Positions 26,817 to 36,392 of a DNA stretch of 45,654 nucleotides are shown here, piece by piece. Numbering within the stretch: position 1 is the first letter of the stretch; each line of letters starts with the position of its first letter. The notes under the pieces were generated by a model. The model made no database searches. It was not told the DNA's origin and saw nothing but the letters and a program-made list of their open reading frames with translations. The stretch comes from a bacterium. GTDB lineage: Bacteria > Patescibacteriota > Microgenomatia > JAUYPR01. Position numbers and translations under genes: made by a program. The stretch spans positions 1 to 45,654 of the forward strand of contig JAUYPR010000055.1 of the NCBI GenBank assembly GCA_030695785.1. Direction: 5' to 3'.

Positions 26817-27257
26817 TCAACTTTTCCCCCGCAGTTCTTGCTCGATGTCGCGGGCAATGGCCTTTTTACGGAGTTCCTCCCGCTTCTCGTATTGCTTCTT
26901 CCCCCGCCCCAATCCAAGCTCAACTTTCACCAGGTTGTTCCGGAAATAACACGACAACGGAATAATCACCCGGCGCCGCTCCATCTGTTTTCCAAGCAGA
27001 CTCAGTATTTGTTGTCGGTGGAGAAGAAGTGTCCGGCTGCGGTGGGGGTCATACCCAACTCCTTTTGCGAATGCGTAGGCCGGAATATACGCATTCACCA
27101 AAAGCGCTTTGTCAGGCCGAATCATCACATGGCTTTCCGATAAATCAGCCCGCCCCGCTCTGATCATCTTCACTTCCGCTCCTGTCAGCACAATACCTGC
27201 CTCAAAGGTCTCCTCAATAATGTAGTCGTACCGCGCACGGCGGTTCACAATATTCAT
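26817..27257 (-). CDS. smpB: SsrA-binding protein
   Basis: NRRARYDY..FEAGIVLTGAEVKMIR..RSRTLLLH..GKKQYEKRE. Confidence 0.97.
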   Translation of the reverse strand: MNIVNRRARYDYIIEETFEAGIVLTGAEVKMIRAGRADLSESHVMIRPDKALLVNAYIPAYAFAKGVGYDPHRSRTLLLHRQQILSLLGKQMERRRVIIPLSCYFRNNLVKVELGLGRGKKQYEKREELRKKAIARDIEQELRGKS

Positions 27258-29119
27258 TGCAGGTCAAACCGATAGATCTGCTCAACTGTCAGGGCATACA
27301 AAGCGCTGTTTGCTTCGTCTGCCACTACAGCTTTCGCTTCTGCAAACACGGGCGAGGAATATTCTGCCTGATACACACCCTGTTTGTCGACAACGACGAC
27401 TCTTTGTGCCTTACTATCAAGAATATAGAGATTCTTTTGATCCTCGTCAGTAAATAGCCCGCGCACTTCCACAAACGCGTTCGGGACGTTTGAAAGCGCA
27501 AAATCTTGTTGAAATCCCTGGACGTAGGTCCGCACCTCGCCGGTTTTTGAACCCACCCACACCGACCCATCAATCGCCATGGCCACTGCATCCTTGGGCA
27601 GTTCAGAATTCCCCCGAAGGTAATACCGCGGATCGCCTAACCCGCCGCTATACGGTTCATACTTCCAAATCACCTGCTCTTTTGTGTCCAAAAGATACAC
27701 ATTGCCGCCATAACCCGCGGCGTCTTGAATGGTTCCCCACGTTTCTCCTTCCAGCATCGTCTCGATGCTCTCCCTACCCTCTTGGAACCGACTGATCGTT
27801 CCAGCCGTATTGATGGAATAAAAACGGCCATTGGTCAGCACAACCCACGCCGCGTCTTTTGGCCCCTTCTCGCCGCCAAGAACCGCGGTGGATTGCTTTT
27901 GAAGAAGACCAATGGTATAGACCGATGACGTCTTCCGGTTAAAAATGATTGCTTTCCCTGCATCGCTCTTGATACTGTCAGCACGCACACCATCACCAAT
28001 GAGAGAATAGGAGAAATACACGTCAGGTTTTTCCACAGCAAACGGGGCTTGGAGTTTCTCGTTTAATTCGTCGAGTTTTTTTGACGTCTCTTGAACCTGT
28101 TTATCAGCCGCAAGATTCTTGGGAAGAGCGGCCTGTGCCGCTTTTGCCACGTCGAGCAGCTCACGGCTGCGCGACGGGTGCAGTTCGAGGAGCTCACGAG
28201 CTTCCTCTACGATCCGGCTAAACGACTGCATCTGCGCCTGATCCCTTGCGCGCTGTGGGCCAATCTTGGTCGTATAGAAAATACCTCCGACAAGAAGAAG
28301 GGCAAAAAATATCCCCCCGCCAATGAAAAGAGGCGCCCTTTTTGAGGGCTGCCCGATCGTCGGCTGCAACGTTGGCATCGCTGGCTCTTCTTCTGTGGTT
28401 TTCTCGATCATCGTCGCGTGACTGTCGCTCGGGACAGAGGAAGGTGTTTCCTCTTGTTCTTCTGAGATCGCTGACGCTGCCGCTTCGATATCAACGACAA
28501 TTGCAGCTGCCCCACTTCCCTCTTCGTCTTTGTGCACATGCGGCGTGATAGCATCAATCGCATCATCCAATTTTCCTTCATGGAAAGCGGCGTTCAGAAT
28601 ATCCGTGCTCACGACAGAAAAAAACGTCGGGGTGCCAAGCACCACTCGGTCTCCGGGTCGGACATTGCCTGACGCCATTTCCACCGATGCGGGCTCTTGC
28701 CCATCTGCCAACAGCGTCGCGACATCTTGCCCGCGGCGCATCATCACCCGGCCGTGCCCGATCACGCCAAGGGTTAACACGTTGCCGGTGAGCACTCCCG
28801 CGACAATCGACATCGTGGGGTTTTCGGCATCAGAAGATTCAGAGGCCGGAATGTGTTCGGGGATTGTCGTGAGCGTCTGCTCAAGCACTTGATACACTGA
28901 CTCCACTGATCCAGTGAGTGAGGTTTCGAGGTGGGTGAGGATTGCTTTTCCGACTGTTGCCGGCCGGTCTTCTTCTGCCTTTGCAACGCTGACTTCCACA
29001 ACTGCCATCACCAAACCCGCGGGAGAAACTTTTTCATCCAACACCAGGGTTTGCGCCCATCTGTTTTGGGTGGGCGTGCCGACAATGCGGCGCAAAAGGG
29101 CAGTTCGGTGCAGTTCCAT
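27254..29119 (-). CDS. Bitopic protein: degenerate PP2C-like N-terminal domain, TM helix, extracytoplasmic beta-propeller
   Basis: IGHGRVMMRRG, GDRVVLGT, GAAAIVV; TM IGGGIFFALLLVGGIFY; YGGNVYLLD, MAIDGSVWV, LYILD..RVVVVDKQG. Confidence 0.75.
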   Translation of the reverse strand: MELHRTALLRRIVGTPTQNRWAQTLVLDEKVSPAGLVMAVVEVSVAKAEEDRPATVGKAILTHLETSLTGSVESVYQVLEQTLTTIPEHIPASESSDAENPTMSIVAGVLTGNVLTLGVIGHGRVMMRRGQDVATLLADGQEPASVEMASGNVRPGDRVVLGTPTFFSVVSTDILNAAFHEGKLDDAIDAITPHVHKDEEGSGAAAIVVDIEAAASAISEEQEETPSSVPSDSHATMIEKTTEEEPAMPTLQPTIGQPSKRAPLFIGGGIFFALLLVGGIFYTTKIGPQRARDQAQMQSFSRIVEEARELLELHPSRSRELLDVAKAAQAALPKNLAADKQVQETSKKLDELNEKLQAPFAVEKPDVYFSYSLIGDGVRADSIKSDAGKAIIFNRKTSSVYTIGLLQKQSTAVLGGEKGPKDAAWVVLTNGRFYSINTAGTISRFQEGRESIETMLEGETWGTIQDAAGYGGNVYLLDTKEQVIWKYEPYSGGLGDPRYYLRGNSELPKDAVAMAIDGSVWVGSKTGEVRTYVQGFQQDFALSNVPNAFVEVRGLFTDEDQKNLYILDSKAQRVVVVDKQGVYQAEYSSPVFAEAKAVVADEANSALYALTVEQIYRFDLQ

Positions 29120-29123
29120 ACGG

Positions 29124-29345
29124 TTACAGTATCACAAGCGCAACCACGAACAACACGAGGACAAGGATAAAGTGAAGAACCGCAAGGCTGTTCCAGATTG
29201 ACCCGAGCGGCGTTTTAAGCGTATTGCGCATCATGGCAACTTGCCGGATCACGATAAATGCAAACACAATGTAGACACCAATCGTTGAAAGGATTAATAC
29301 CTTCATCACCAAACTCAACGCACTCAAAAAAAGACTATCCAAGGC
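29124..29345 (-). CDS. Small two-TM protein (DUF5657-like); start uncertain
   Basis: YIVFAFIVIRQVAMMRNTLKTP..HFILVLVLFVVALVIL. Confidence 0.7.
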   Translation of the reverse strand, partial: ALDSLFLSALSLVMKVLILSTIGVYIVFAFIVIRQVAMMRNTLKTPLGSIWNSLAVLHFILVLVLFVVALVIL

Positions 29346-29853
29346 GTCCTCCACCCTTGCGAAGAAGTTCACTGATCTTCCGCACCACTTCTTCCGGGTT
29401 GCCAAGGAACGGAAATTCAAACTCTGGGGTAGTACCAGCAGTTTGAATATGGACGTCCCCTAACCCAAACAGAACCTGGAAAAAGCCGTGCGTTTTACTC
29501 GTCACGTCTTGGACATTGCGGATTGCGGTTTCCGAAACACTGCGGTGTGTGAGGCCGACAAAGTCAATGTCGACCACCCGCTCGTTGGTCAAAAGGTAAA
29601 AGTTGTAGTACCAGGAGAGAAAAATTTCGAAAAAGAACAGCGCGACACATTGCAGCCACAGCCATGTGAGGACAAATAAAAATGGAACGATCTTGATGCC
29701 TGGAAACACGCTTGCGAACGGAAAGAATGGAAGGAACAAGGGAACAACGAGGAGAAGGAACCCGAATGCAAGTTTCGGCATCATGACAATTGGGTGTTGG
29801 CGAAGGGCAAGGAGCACCTCTTCCCCGTCATGCTGCGATTGGAAATGAATCAT
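29335..29853 (-). CDS. Membrane protein with bacterial PH domain
   Basis: FQSQHDGEEVLLALRQHP, WYYNFYLLTNERVVDIDF, VQDVT, GDVHIQTAG; start at ATG 29853. Confidence 0.85.
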   Translation of the reverse strand: MIHFQSQHDGEEVLLALRQHPIVMMPKLAFGFLLLVVPLFLPFFPFASVFPGIKIVPFLFVLTWLWLQCVALFFFEIFLSWYYNFYLLTNERVVDIDFVGLTHRSVSETAIRNVQDVTSKTHGFFQVLFGLGDVHIQTAGTTPEFEFPFLGNPEEVVRKISELLRKGGGRLG

Positions 29854-29869
29854 TCTAGCTTTGATTGTA

Positions 29870-31606
29870 TCACTTCTGTTCGATGTTAAAAAGTTTACTC
29901 CGAATCGCAATATATCCCGGCGCACGGAGATTGAATGTGTCTTTGAACTCTGACCCCGGAATGTCAACAGCGCCGCGATTTGTCTGGAGGCGGACATTCG
30001 CGGTACGGCCATCGCCGGAATACGAGATACTGACGGACGACACCGAGGTATACGCACCGCCCAACTCATCTGCCTTTTGACGCAATGCATCCATCGAGTA
30101 CGGATTCCCGCCTGACCCACCCAGCGCACAGGATCCGATGGTCGTGGGCAGAATCCGGGCAACGTCATCCGACGATCCTGCCTTACGCACCAACCAGCCG
30201 TTCAAAATATCTGCAAACTCCTCTTGCGTCAGCCATGGGTGAGATCGGCCGCAATTCGCCGAGGTCTTCGGGTATGACTGTGTGTACCACCCCTTGTAAA
30301 ACCAGGGCGAATTCGCGATTTTTTCATACGCCTCGCCTGTCCAACAGTCTTTCCCTCCACACGTGGTGTCCCATCCCATGGTATCAATATACCCGCCAGT
30401 CGTGGAAGAATAAAATGCAGTCACGCCTTCCACAATCTGGCCGCGGGTTTCTTCCACTGCCTGTTTCCATTCAGCCGGAGGGTTTGCCGCTTTCGAGTTC
30501 GAGAAGACTTGGCACGATTCCGTGACACAAATGGTTGTTCCATTGGTTTTGTACCGCATTGCATACGACCGCGCAGCCACGGCTTGCGCTTTCAGCGCTT
30601 CTTTTGGAAACGTGGATGGCATTTCCGCAATGCCGAGAAGGTAATACCCTTCAAAATCCACTGTGCCAAACCCTTCGACCGAAATCGTACCGCCAGTATC
30701 TTTTGTCTCTGGATCCTTTCCATAGTAGGCGCGGAGAATCGCTTTATAGTCGTGCCCCCGCTCGGCGCGGCCCTTTGCGCCATACTGGCTCATACCTTTC
30801 CAGTGAGAAAACGCGCCGAAGGAAAAGCCCGCGAATGCGGGGGAGAAGCCGGGGTTAAACGTCGGAGACGCATTGGAATCGTCCGTGAGCGGCACATCGC
30901 CAATGCTGGTGGTAAACGTCCCGGAGCGGGCCGACAAAATTTCCTGCTGGCGGGAGGTGAGCGACGCGATCTGCTGGGACAGCTTGGTTTGATAGGCACG
31001 GGCTTTCCCCACCTCGCCTTTCAAAAATGCGGCGCGCTCATCGGCTTGCGCTTTTAATCCGAAGAAGCGTTTTTGGTCTTGCTCTAGTTTGAATTTTAAC
31101 GACTCTGCCTCAACCTTTTTGGTGTGCAGGCCCCGCAGTTCATCGGACAGTTCGACAATAACATCTTTATCCTGGCCTGCCGCAGATTCGCGGTAAGAAA
31201 TGGCACGGAAAAAGCTGCCGACACTACCGCTTGAGAGAAAAAGGTAAAATGGAATATCCTTGCGTTTGTACATGTAGTATGAACGGACCCGGTCGGTAAA
31301 CACTTGCTGCTGCAAATCTAAAAGTTTTTGCTCTTCCTGAATCTGACGTTGAAGATCTTTGAGCTGTTTTTCTTCCCGATCAATGGCGGCTTGCGCCTGT
31401 TCGATTTTTTTGAACAAATCATCGAGTTTGGCCTGGAGGTTTCCCAACTCCCCTTCCAAGGGTTTGGTTGCGTCCTGCGACATCTGCAACGCGCGGGCCA
31501 GGTCATCAATCTGCTTTTGCAGATCATCCAGCTCATCCGCGGCAATGGGGCGGATGGGAAGAAGCACCAGGGCGACGGCAAGGAGAAGGAGAAGCAGTTT
31601 TCTCAT
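29870..31606 (-). CDS. Secreted coiled-coil plus SpoIID/LytB-domain cell-wall hydrolase
   Basis: Signal peptide MRKLLLLLLAVAL; long coiled coil; HWKGMSQYGA, AEMPSTFPKEALKAQAVAARSY, CVTESCQVF, FYSSTTGG. Confidence 0.88.
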   Translation of the reverse strand: MRKLLLLLLAVALVLLPIRPIAADELDDLQKQIDDLARALQMSQDATKPLEGELGNLQAKLDDLFKKIEQAQAAIDREEKQLKDLQRQIQEEQKLLDLQQQVFTDRVRSYYMYKRKDIPFYLFLSSGSVGSFFRAISYRESAAGQDKDVIVELSDELRGLHTKKVEAESLKFKLEQDQKRFFGLKAQADERAAFLKGEVGKARAYQTKLSQQIASLTSRQQEILSARSGTFTTSIGDVPLTDDSNASPTFNPGFSPAFAGFSFGAFSHWKGMSQYGAKGRAERGHDYKAILRAYYGKDPETKDTGGTISVEGFGTVDFEGYYLLGIAEMPSTFPKEALKAQAVAARSYAMRYKTNGTTICVTESCQVFSNSKAANPPAEWKQAVEETRGQIVEGVTAFYSSTTGGYIDTMGWDTTCGGKDCWTGEAYEKIANSPWFYKGWYTQSYPKTSANCGRSHPWLTQEEFADILNGWLVRKAGSSDDVARILPTTIGSCALGGSGGNPYSMDALRQKADELGGAYTSVSSVSISYSGDGRTANVRLQTNRGAVDIPGSEFKDTFNLRAPGYIAIRSKLFNIEQK

Positions 31607-31695
31607 GGTTTGATTGTAACACTGGAACATACCCGCATAACGTACTACGGTTGACCCACTTGACAAATCCCATTTAATGTGCTAATATTGGGAAT

Positions 31696-32829
31696 ATGAT
31701 CCCAAGATTAGTTGAAGATTTGGTATTCTCAAAAATCACAACCTCCAAGAAAATCGTCCTCTTGTTCGGAGCGCGGCAGGTTGGAAAAACGACGCTCGTG
31801 CGACGGATGGAAGAACGGCTCAAGGCCAAGGGGAAACGAGTCCAATATTTCAACTGCGACTTCCAAGAAGAGAAGGATGCGATCAATACAACCTCAAAGG
31901 CAGTCCTTGGGCAGCTTGTTTCGGAGGTCGACGCATTACTCATTGACGAAGCACAGCGGCTTGACAATCCCGGGTTGACGCTGAAAAACATCCACACGCT
32001 CTCACCGGATCTTTATCTTCTTGCAACAGGATCATCGAGTTTTGAGCTTAAAAACACACTCAGCGATTCACTCACAGGACGGTACGTGGACTTCACGTTA
32101 TATCCCTTCTCCTTTACAGAAGTCATCCCCAACGAGAAGCCTGATGCGTTGTTGCCGTCGGCATTTGTCTACGGTTTGTACCCGGAAGTTTATCTTGAGA
32201 AAAACCCGTCTGAAAAACAGGCGCTGCTCAATCGGCTCGTTGACAGCTACCTGTTTCGAGATGTCCTCACGTTTCAGCGTGTGCAAAACTCCCAGGCCAT
32301 CAAAGATTTAACACGGGCGCTCGCGTATCAAATTGGATCGGAGGTCAACCCGAACGAATTGGCAAATCGCCTGAAGATTGACCGAAAAACCGTCATCAAT
32401 TACCTTGAGGTTTTAGAGAAATCATTTGTCATTGTCACGTTAACGCCATTTTCAAAAAATCCTCGTCGAGAAATCGGAAAAAATTCTAAGGTTTATTTTG
32501 TCGATCTCGGCGTCAGAAATGCGTTGATCGGAGATTTCAATCCCATGCATCTGCGTGCGGATGCTGGAGCTGTGTGGGAGAACTTTCTTGTTCTTGAGCG
32601 CCTGAAGTCATTTGCCAACCGCAATGAACAGGTCTCCCATTACTTTTGGCGTCATTATTCAGGGGCGGAAGTAGACTACCTTGAAAAAAGGTCGTCCAGA
32701 GAACTTCAGGCGTTCGAATTGAAGGTTGGAAGCGGATCATTACGGAAGGGTGCTCGTTCTTTTACCGACGACTATGGCGTCAAAGTTCAATTAATTAATG
32801 GTGAAAATTATTTGGACTTCATCCGCTGA
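31696..32829 (+). CDS. AAA+ ATPase with DUF4143-like C-terminus
   Basis: GARQVGKTT, IDEAQ, TGSSS, LTGR, KVYFVDLGVRN, WENF, EVDY..AFELK. Confidence 0.92.
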   Translation: MIPRLVEDLVFSKITTSKKIVLLFGARQVGKTTLVRRMEERLKAKGKRVQYFNCDFQEEKDAINTTSKAVLGQLVSEVDALLIDEAQRLDNPGLTLKNIHTLSPDLYLLATGSSSFELKNTLSDSLTGRYVDFTLYPFSFTEVIPNEKPDALLPSAFVYGLYPEVYLEKNPSEKQALLNRLVDSYLFRDVLTFQRVQNSQAIKDLTRALAYQIGSEVNPNELANRLKIDRKTVINYLEVLEKSFVIVTLTPFSKNPRREIGKNSKVYFVDLGVRNALIGDFNPMHLRADAGAVWENFLVLERLKSFANRNEQVSHYFWRHYSGAEVDYLEKRSSRELQAFELKVGSGSLRKGARSFTDDYGVKVQLINGENYLDFIR

Positions 32830-32882
32830 TCTTGCATTCTTTTCCAGAATCCAGTAGACTGAACGTCAAGCTGCCCACGCGC

Positions 32883-34160
32883 ATGTCACGTTTTATCATC
32901 TGGTTTTCCCGCGCAAGCGGTGTTCTCTTTGTAACCCTTTTGGGGCTGAGTGTTGCGCAACCAGTCTATGCAGATTTCAAAGTCATCGGAACTTCTCCTG
33001 ATTTAATTGCATGTCCATATGTCGTTATCCCGAACGCTCACTGGCGATGTATGGATAAGGATGAAAATGTTCAGACAAAGATGTCGTTTCGCGTCAGTTC
33101 TTCAGAACCATTGCTTGATAACGTCACATACCTACTACGAATCTCTAAAAATAGCGACCCGAACAACTTTGGTTTTGCGCCTGCTAAAAAGATACCCGAC
33201 AACGAACTCATCTTCGAATGGGATTTCAATGGCATTGGAACAATAAGAACCGATCCTCATTTTATAGCCCAACCAGGAGTCTGGACGCTTGAGCTTTATG
33301 CTCCAGGCAAGCTTGAATATGATTATGGCCGTAGTTTTCCACGCTTTCTTCCAGACCAGAAGAAAAAATTAGAAAATACAACGTTCATTATCTACGAAGG
33401 ACCAAAAAAGCAACCTACCTTTCGCGCAAAAAGGATACGTTATCCGGCCAATACAAAAGAAGTTGAATTTGAAATTCTCAACACCACAAAAAGCGTTCGG
33501 TATGAAGTATGGTGGGATGGAGAGACACCTGGTTTTGGTAAAAGTGGAACGTCTGAGCAGTCAGGTTCTACTCTCAATCTCAAATTGAAATGGAGTGGTC
33601 AGGCGAGAGAACGAGGACAACTAGCCTGTATGGCAATACCAACCTCTGGATTTCTCGTTGGATTAAAATGTGAAGATTTTTCGACCGTCGTTTACTTTCT
33701 CTCAACAGACCCTGGCGATGGAGGAGGACCCTCGGAACCCCTCGGAGACAGAAATGGAGATCCGTTTACTCACGAATTAAAAACCGTCTCTGGAGGCGGT
33801 GTCACTAGACTTATTCGCGAACCGCGTAAATACGAAAGAGTAATCTTCTGTCAAGAAAAGCAAAACGAAGAAAGTGGTGTAGTAATTCACACCGGAATAG
33901 GATGTATTCCTACAACACCTTCTGCATTGCTTGGTTTTCTGCTCCGCTTTGCCATTGGCATTGGGGGCGGGGCGGCTTTGCTTATCATGGCATTTGGGAG
34001 TATTCAAATGATGACGGCGCAAGGCGATCCGGAGAAATTGAATGAAGGCCGGGAGAAGTTTGTGGGCGCGCTTGCTGGACTTTTGTTTATTGTTTTCAGT
34101 ATATTCTTGTTGAATGTGATCGGCGTCCAGATTTTTGCCATTCCGGGGTTCCCAAAATGA
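32883..34160 (+). CDS. VirB2/TrbC-like pilin 1 with large exported N-terminal domain
   Basis: Signal peptide ending VYA; C-terminal TGIGCIP..GSIQMMTAQGDPEKLNEGREKFVGALAGLLFI. Confidence 0.8.
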   Translation: MSRFIIWFSRASGVLFVTLLGLSVAQPVYADFKVIGTSPDLIACPYVVIPNAHWRCMDKDENVQTKMSFRVSSSEPLLDNVTYLLRISKNSDPNNFGFAPAKKIPDNELIFEWDFNGIGTIRTDPHFIAQPGVWTLELYAPGKLEYDYGRSFPRFLPDQKKKLENTTFIIYEGPKKQPTFRAKRIRYPANTKEVEFEILNTTKSVRYEVWWDGETPGFGKSGTSEQSGSTLNLKLKWSGQARERGQLACMAIPTSGFLVGLKCEDFSTVVYFLSTDPGDGGGPSEPLGDRNGDPFTHELKTVSGGGVTRLIREPRKYERVIFCQEKQNEESGVVIHTGIGCIPTTPSALLGFLLRFAIGIGGGAALLIMAFGSIQMMTAQGDPEKLNEGREKFVGALAGLLFIVFSIFLLNVIGVQIFAIPGFPK

Positions 34161-34903
34161 AGATCCAACTCTCTTTTTTCCTTACCTCAATACTCTGCTT
34201 TCTTTTCATTGCAACACCGGCTCGAGCAATTGAGATTGAGATAGAGGTGAAAAAGGGTAACCCCAATACTGCCGTTATCTCTGTCTGGGATTTTCGTGGT
34301 TTCTCGCCACGCGTTGGCATGTTTGACAGCTCTAGCCTTGTCAAATGTGTCTATCTTCCAACAACCGAAGCAACAGAAACTTCAAAGGCAACCGTTGAGT
34401 TTACCCTCCCCCAAAGGACATCGACGCAAACATTTGTTAATTTTGCCATTCTCAAAACAAAACAATCACTCTCTGGTGCTTCAAAAACACCCTGTTCAGG
34501 AGATGATGCGCTCATTGAATACCTCGGCGAGACAAAAATGATTGATCTCCCAGAGGGGCAAACCTCTACGCTTGCGCCCTCTTCTTCGTTAAAACCGTCA
34601 TTCTCTTTCTCCCTCCCCAAAGACCCGACCCGATTTGCGGGGATGAAGATTTTGGACCTGTTTAACCCAATCGGAACTGGGGCGGGGTTGCTGCAGATTA
34701 TCTTGGGGCTCGCCTTGGCTGTTTCCTTCCTCTTTTTTGCCTTAGGTGCGGTGCGCTATATGCTCTCGGCCGGAGATGCGAAAAAGGCGGAAGAAGCACG
34801 GAACCATATCACCATGGCAGTCGTGGGACTGGTTATTGTTGTGGTTGCGTTTTTCTTAGTCCAGATTTTGGGGCGAATGTTTGGAACAGGGGTCACGAGA
34901 TGA
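34157..34903 (+). CDS. VirB2/TrbC-like pilin 2 with N-terminal domain
   Basis: Signal peptide ending ARA; GAVRYMLSAGDAKKAEEARNHITMAVVGLVIV. Confidence 0.82.
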   Translation: MKIQLSFFLTSILCFLFIATPARAIEIEIEVKKGNPNTAVISVWDFRGFSPRVGMFDSSSLVKCVYLPTTEATETSKATVEFTLPQRTSTQTFVNFAILKTKQSLSGASKTPCSGDDALIEYLGETKMIDLPEGQTSTLAPSSSLKPSFSFSLPKDPTRFAGMKILDLFNPIGTGAGLLQIILGLALAVSFLFFALGAVRYMLSAGDAKKAEEARNHITMAVVGLVIVVVAFFLVQILGRMFGTGVTR

Positions 34904-35391
34904 GGTTCAAAGTTTTCACTTTTGCGCTGTCGCTTTGCGTCTTGAGTCTTGCGCTTTTCGCTTTCCCATCGGGGGTCTCTGCACAATCCGGACAAAATTG
35001 CAACGAGATTCCTCGTGGAGAAGACCAAGATACGTGTTGGGAGAAACAACGAGCAGAATTCCAACAAAAAACGACCGATCAGTCGACGCCAGGTTTCTCT
35101 TTCAATCTTGGATCGTTTTACCAACCCGTTGCGGGAAAGGTCGCGTTTCAATCGTTTGGTGGTGCGGTTGGGTTTGCGTATCGAGTGATTCTGCTCTTTG
35201 CCGGCATCATCGCGTTTTTCCTGTTGATTCTTGGGGGCGTTCGGTATATCATCAGTGGTGGTGACGCAAAGAAAACTGAAGAAGCGCGCAATATGCTAAC
35301 CATGGCAATCATTGGCTTTGCGTTGGTGGTACTGGCGGCGATGATCTATCCTTTGTTGCAGCGATTTTTGGGGCTGCCGAAACTTTTCTAG
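34900..35391 (+). CDS. VirB2/TrbC-like pilin 3
   Basis: Signal peptide ending VSA; GGVRYIISGGDAKKTEEARNMLTMAIIGF. Confidence 0.85.
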   Translation: MRFKVFTFALSLCVLSLALFAFPSGVSAQSGQNCNEIPRGEDQDTCWEKQRAEFQQKTTDQSTPGFSFNLGSFYQPVAGKVAFQSFGGAVGFAYRVILLFAGIIAFFLLILGGVRYIISGGDAKKTEEARNMLTMAIIGFALVVLAAMIYPLLQRFLGLPKLF

Positions 35392-35395
35392 AAAA

Positions 35396-35492
35396 TTCCA
35401 AGGACCAAATGACAAATTCCAAACAAATTTCAAGATTCAAAATTCAAATCTTGATCCTCCTTGTCTGTTCATGGTTTTTGGTCCTTGGTCCT
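35396..35492. repeat. Degenerate heptamer repeats with a 12-bp inverted repeat spanning the pilin 4 start
   Basis: TTCCAAG GACCAAA TGACAAA TTCCAAA..ATTCAAA; CCAAGGACCAAA (35398) / TTTGGTCCTTGG (35477). Confidence 0.7.
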
Positions 35493-35903
35493 TCACAGGT
35501 TTCTGCTCAACAACAATGTAGTCAATTTAAACAATTCTCAGAAGAGTGGTACGAGTGCACTGGAGTCAAACTTGATACTCGTGCACCGATATCAGAATTG
35601 GGAACCATCGATAATCCCCTCGTCGGCAAGTACCGCGGGCCAGGAGGAATCAGCAATCTTCTCAACAATGTCGTTTCACTCATTTTCATTATTGCCGGCA
35701 TTTTGGTCTTTTTCTTCCTGCTCTTTGGCGGGATCAAGTGGATTGTCTCTGGCGGAGATGCGAAGAAAACTGAAGAAGCACGGAATATGATTACTGCGGC
35801 GATTGTCGGACTTGCCATTGTGGCATTGGCATGGGCTATCGTAAAAGTTTTGGAACAATTCTTTGGATTGCCCCTGACAGGTGGGGCAATTCCGACGCCC
35901 TAA
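35409..35903 (+). CDS. VirB2/TrbC-like pilin 4
   Basis: GGIKWIVSGGDAKKTEEARNMITAAIVGLAIV. Confidence 0.85.
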   Translation: MTNSKQISRFKIQILILLVCSWFLVLGPSQVSAQQQCSQFKQFSEEWYECTGVKLDTRAPISELGTIDNPLVGKYRGPGGISNLLNNVVSLIFIIAGILVFFFLLFGGIKWIVSGGDAKKTEEARNMITAAIVGLAIVALAWAIVKVLEQFFGLPLTGGAIPTP

Positions 35904-35947
35904 TTTGCCACTTGACAAATGTGCTTCAGTCTATCTATAATCTTAAT

Positions 35948-36352
35948 ATGATGAAGAAGCTCCTCGCAGGTGCTACGGGTGCAGCCGCATATCTTTTGTG
36001 GGCCGGGCAACATGCAGTTGTGTTTGCACAAACAACAAGTTTAGGGATTAATCGTCCAGCAATCGGCAATAGCCCCATTGGTCCAACTGATCTCAATAGT
36101 GTCATCAACGCACTGGTACAACTCGCATTCATTGTCGCAGTCATCCTTGTCTTCTTCTTCCTTGTCTTCGGAGGCATCAAATGGATCATTTCGGGTGGAG
36201 ATCAAAAGAAAACTGAAGAGGCGCGAAATATGATCACAGCCGCCATTGTTGGTTTAGCGATTGTCGCGCTTGCATATGCTATCGTAAAAGTTCTTGAAGC
36301 ATTCTTCAAAATCCCAATCTTTGGACAGGTTGCTCTCCCAACAACTCAATAA
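35948..36352 (+). CDS. VirB2/TrbC-like pilin 5 (candidate major pilin)
   Basis: Own promoter TTGACA..TATAAT 6 nt before ATG; GGIKWIISGGDQKKTEEARNMITAAIVGLAIV. Confidence 0.85.
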   Translation: MMKKLLAGATGAAAYLLWAGQHAVVFAQTTSLGINRPAIGNSPIGPTDLNSVINALVQLAFIVAVILVFFFLVFGGIKWIISGGDQKKTEEARNMITAAIVGLAIVALAYAIVKVLEAFFKIPIFGQVALPTTQ

Positions 36353-36392
36353 TATAATTGACTTCTCGTTTTCTCTCCTGTAGACTTTGACT

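Noticed and set aside
29853..30168. N-terminal extension of the 277-aa ORF
   Set aside because: It overlaps the SpoIID gene in another frame; ATG 29853 with an upstream TACAAT is the plausible start.
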